The notes under the pieces are model-generated. The model saw nothing but the letters and a program-made list of their open reading frames with translations, had not been told where the DNA came from and searched no databases. A program made the position numbers and the translations under genes. A stretch of DNA of 26,333 nt, from the IMG/VR virus record IMGVR_UViG_3300047382_000135, positions 1 to 26,333 of that record. One strand, given 5' to 3'. Positions within the stretch are counted from its first letter, which is position 1; the number at the start of each line of letters is the position of its first letter. The DNA comes from a virus. Taxonomy: Duplodnaviria > Caudoviricetes. This document shows positions 25,301-26,333 of the stretch, in pieces.

Positions 25301-25688
25301 CAAAATTGATTTTCTTTATATAACCTTCACTGTTAGCTATCTGACTATTCTGAGTAATAGCTATAGGCTTATTACCCCCAATATTAGAGTAATCTAAAAG
25401 TTGTTCTGGTGTTTGATAACTTCCATTTAAGAATAAAGTTGCGGCACGAACACCGTTAGATACATTGGCGGCACCATTAATTGCTGCCTTTAGATTTGTT
25501 AAATTATCTCCAGACAGAACACTAGTACCCGTACCAGATGCATCGAAAGAATACATATACCGTGATATGTTTTCCGCAGTTATCTGTTTACTATTTTGTT
25601 GAGCATTGAGATCATCAACGATAGCAAATATATCATTATCTGAAAGTAATGAAGTAACCGGTAATTCTGTAAATTTTTTGTTAGCCAT
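22335..25688 (-). CDS. Tailspike/fibre-like protein (1117 aa) with a right-handed beta-helix (pectin-lyase-like) region
   Basis: N-terminal MANKKFTELP..LSDNDIFAIVD fibre-type start; TTDDIREGSTNLYF motif; beta-helix-like coils NVTLDSVDFDGN, DITVNNCKVKNIIGDGIF, NTMLTGNVIQN, SVFANNVIKNVGTGLDI (~23625-24270); AAGGA SD. Confidence 0.75.
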   Translation of the reverse strand: MANKKFTELPVTSLLSDNDIFAIVDDLNAQQNSKQITAENISRYMYSFDASGTGTSVLSGDNLTNLKAAINGAANVSNGVRAATLFLNGSYQTPEQLLDYSNIGGNKPIAITQNSQIANSEGYIKKINFGSANGLELGIGNPQDQSGAPNQGVITTDDIREGSTNLYFSAESVELALQDQFRDLFNTYSDIFDDGNTSPSLTNVSATWRQENLAGTYPNQNCTVLQVPSSAQGGPDSTSFSPGQVIRIYGGSSSSLLNSPSKITSASLISDLGGFNTGETDDIGVTLTYVLAKFNLTTGEVGPRSEPYTATISVNGNADANDIYESFSRDNYISFNLAGVVSDTEGVLVYRKTSTQADESVYKLASVVSGIDLPLWKDYYTFDYAAWSDKIEADNTYPVDKTIHFPAELPVTPSDVGEVTGQNETFRGWIDAEITSVEVNEADPTQFFTIVLNPNNPIFVNNVGGQFGHTVSIAHNDTSKINTGISTKISNKIKSLSINAKTYNVTKINLPSEFGLIGVLGMTKVTKLPWSGYPDGINATNSVIDIPGDNAKNVTLDSVDFDGNSLNQYHLGESRNRFIDFGNTSTDITVNNCKVKNIIGDGIFASIPLRFKMSLSEISNSGLTDRHDFFPLIVDSGENTMLTGNVIQNFTTNVDATVSKESVFANNVIKNVGTGLDIYGSRFIVSSPNVLMGPANEFLSTPDILNSEFDLINLLRQTIVKSSPFTSDPLVYQEGPTPSVFDLTQNSISNLTDNIEDTPGELIYRVDAVNVDTDGDHNVYGRGIGPGITDANNTAFTYQNLRTDRLYEISQVGDVDWTEWGACVNKIGAKFVYNGTSQSFGSATSGAIHAREFTGYTTDGGTRKSPLAFTDLSGTDKTNGEFQFRIEDGTDHTTYTDLTDDSTGAYTSTALKNMYASHVKQSLSDVTAGRIHNFGTKHFALQWSASYRYYSIAGEKQGDSFIGGIATDNGSFKHGQLDANGKTPAQYSDASNIPNVGNNVNGQAINDPMNANRYFVDFTVLIDKIDHVQEGDHVRFKRGTAFNPYVTGSNVTLNPYNGFMWKMTPVLGQTTTLCVIRYYGADSGSPIDSSVLVTGTTAENGYIHIMDDFVLASGLIK

Positions 25689-25721
25689 TTATTTTATATC
25701 CTTTAATTAATCCTATACTCG

Positions 25722-26333
25722 TTACGATACTCGTACCCAATATGCGACAACGACATATGACTGCAATATGCTGAACGACTTACCTGAACCGGACGTTGAG
25801 GTTGTTTGATCTGAATAATTTAGTGTAACCCCATTACTACCCTGAGTAACTCCATTAGCCGCAGATTTACCACTTTTCTTAAAACTACGACCTGCTCTAA
25901 TTCTATATGTATGACTGTGAGCGGGTAATTGACTAGCACCTAAAGTAACTTTATCAGCGCCACCTTTAACTCCAGTAAACTTACTGCCGCCAAAGTTGAT
26001 TTCTTTTCTGTATGGACTAAAACCAGATGATTTAGACCCGTCACCACCTACAAGTGTTTTACCCTTACCAAATCTGTGCCATGTACCCGCAGACAGATAG
26101 GTATTTGGATCATTATCATTAGCCATACAGATTACTGAGCCTTCAGGCCACATATTGTCTATATGAACAAATCCTTTAAGTTCCGCTTCAAGATTCGAGA
26201 TATCACTGAGTGTGTGCGTATGCGAATTATTTTGAACTTTACATGATAGACTCGCCGCGGCATCACCTCGAATGTTGACCGACCCCGTAACATCTCCTGT
26301 CAGGCTCAAAGTTCTTGCTGTTGTCCACCTTCC
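25722..26333 (-). CDS. C-terminal part of a short tail fibre / baseplate protein with a T4 gp10/gp12-like C-terminal domain (5' end outside the window)
   Basis: The frame is open to the window edge (GRWTTARTLSLTGDVTGSV...NNSHTH, a common fibre repeat), so the ORF-track start at 26309 is not real. The C-terminal domain follows the gp10-C pattern: WPEGSV..DPN...GTWHRFGKGKTLVG...GGADKVTL...PAHSH...ILQSYVVVAYWVRVS. Confidence 0.8.
   Translation of the reverse strand, partial: GRWTTARTLSLTGDVTGSVNIRGDAAASLSCKVQNNSHTHTLSDISNLEAELKGFVHIDNMWPEGSVICMANDNDPNTYLSAGTWHRFGKGKTLVGGDGSKSSGFSPYRKEINFGGSKFTGVKGGADKVTLGASQLPAHSHTYRIRAGRSFKKSGKSAANGVTQGSNGVTLNYSDQTTSTSGSGKSFSILQSYVVVAYWVRVS

Noticed and set aside
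1-26333. tRNA, CRISPR array, rho-independent terminators or alternative genetic code
   Set aside because: Intergenic gaps are at most 74 nt with no hairpin-plus-U-tract or spaced repeats seen; TAA, TAG and TGA all end genes and the long ORFs are intact in the standard code.

Overview
A 26.3-kb AT-rich segment of a T4-like myophage genome (marine-type gene content; the host cannot be read from this window). It covers part of the late virion-structure region. Reading along the minus strand: the C-terminal end of a short tail fibre/baseplate gp10-12-like gene (cut by the window edge), then a ~21-kb block of six giant acidic virion-type proteins, a small conserved adaptor gene, and the canonical gp13-gp14-gp15-gp16-gp17 run (gp17 cut by the window edge). 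The giant block comprises a beta-helix spike-like protein, two paralogues sharing an RYQPGR/FSWYGA core, a leucine-rich-repeat protein, a 778-aa protein and a 1035-aa protein on the opposite strand. Three T4 late promoters (TATAAATA) are present; two overlap in a perfect 16-bp palindrome that can fire divergently. Most notable observations: (1) the 1550-aa protein has two helical repeats with a phycobiliprotein-like chromophore-attachment motif (KCxRD[LV][DG]Y...GG, Cys334 and Cys599); (2) one ~35-45-aa module (GxxYxIxxxG..W..VGxxFxA) is scattered about 10 times over six genes, including gp15, sometimes in nested insertions; (3) an LRR protein sits among the virion genes. All family assignments come from motif recognition by eye; no searches were run.
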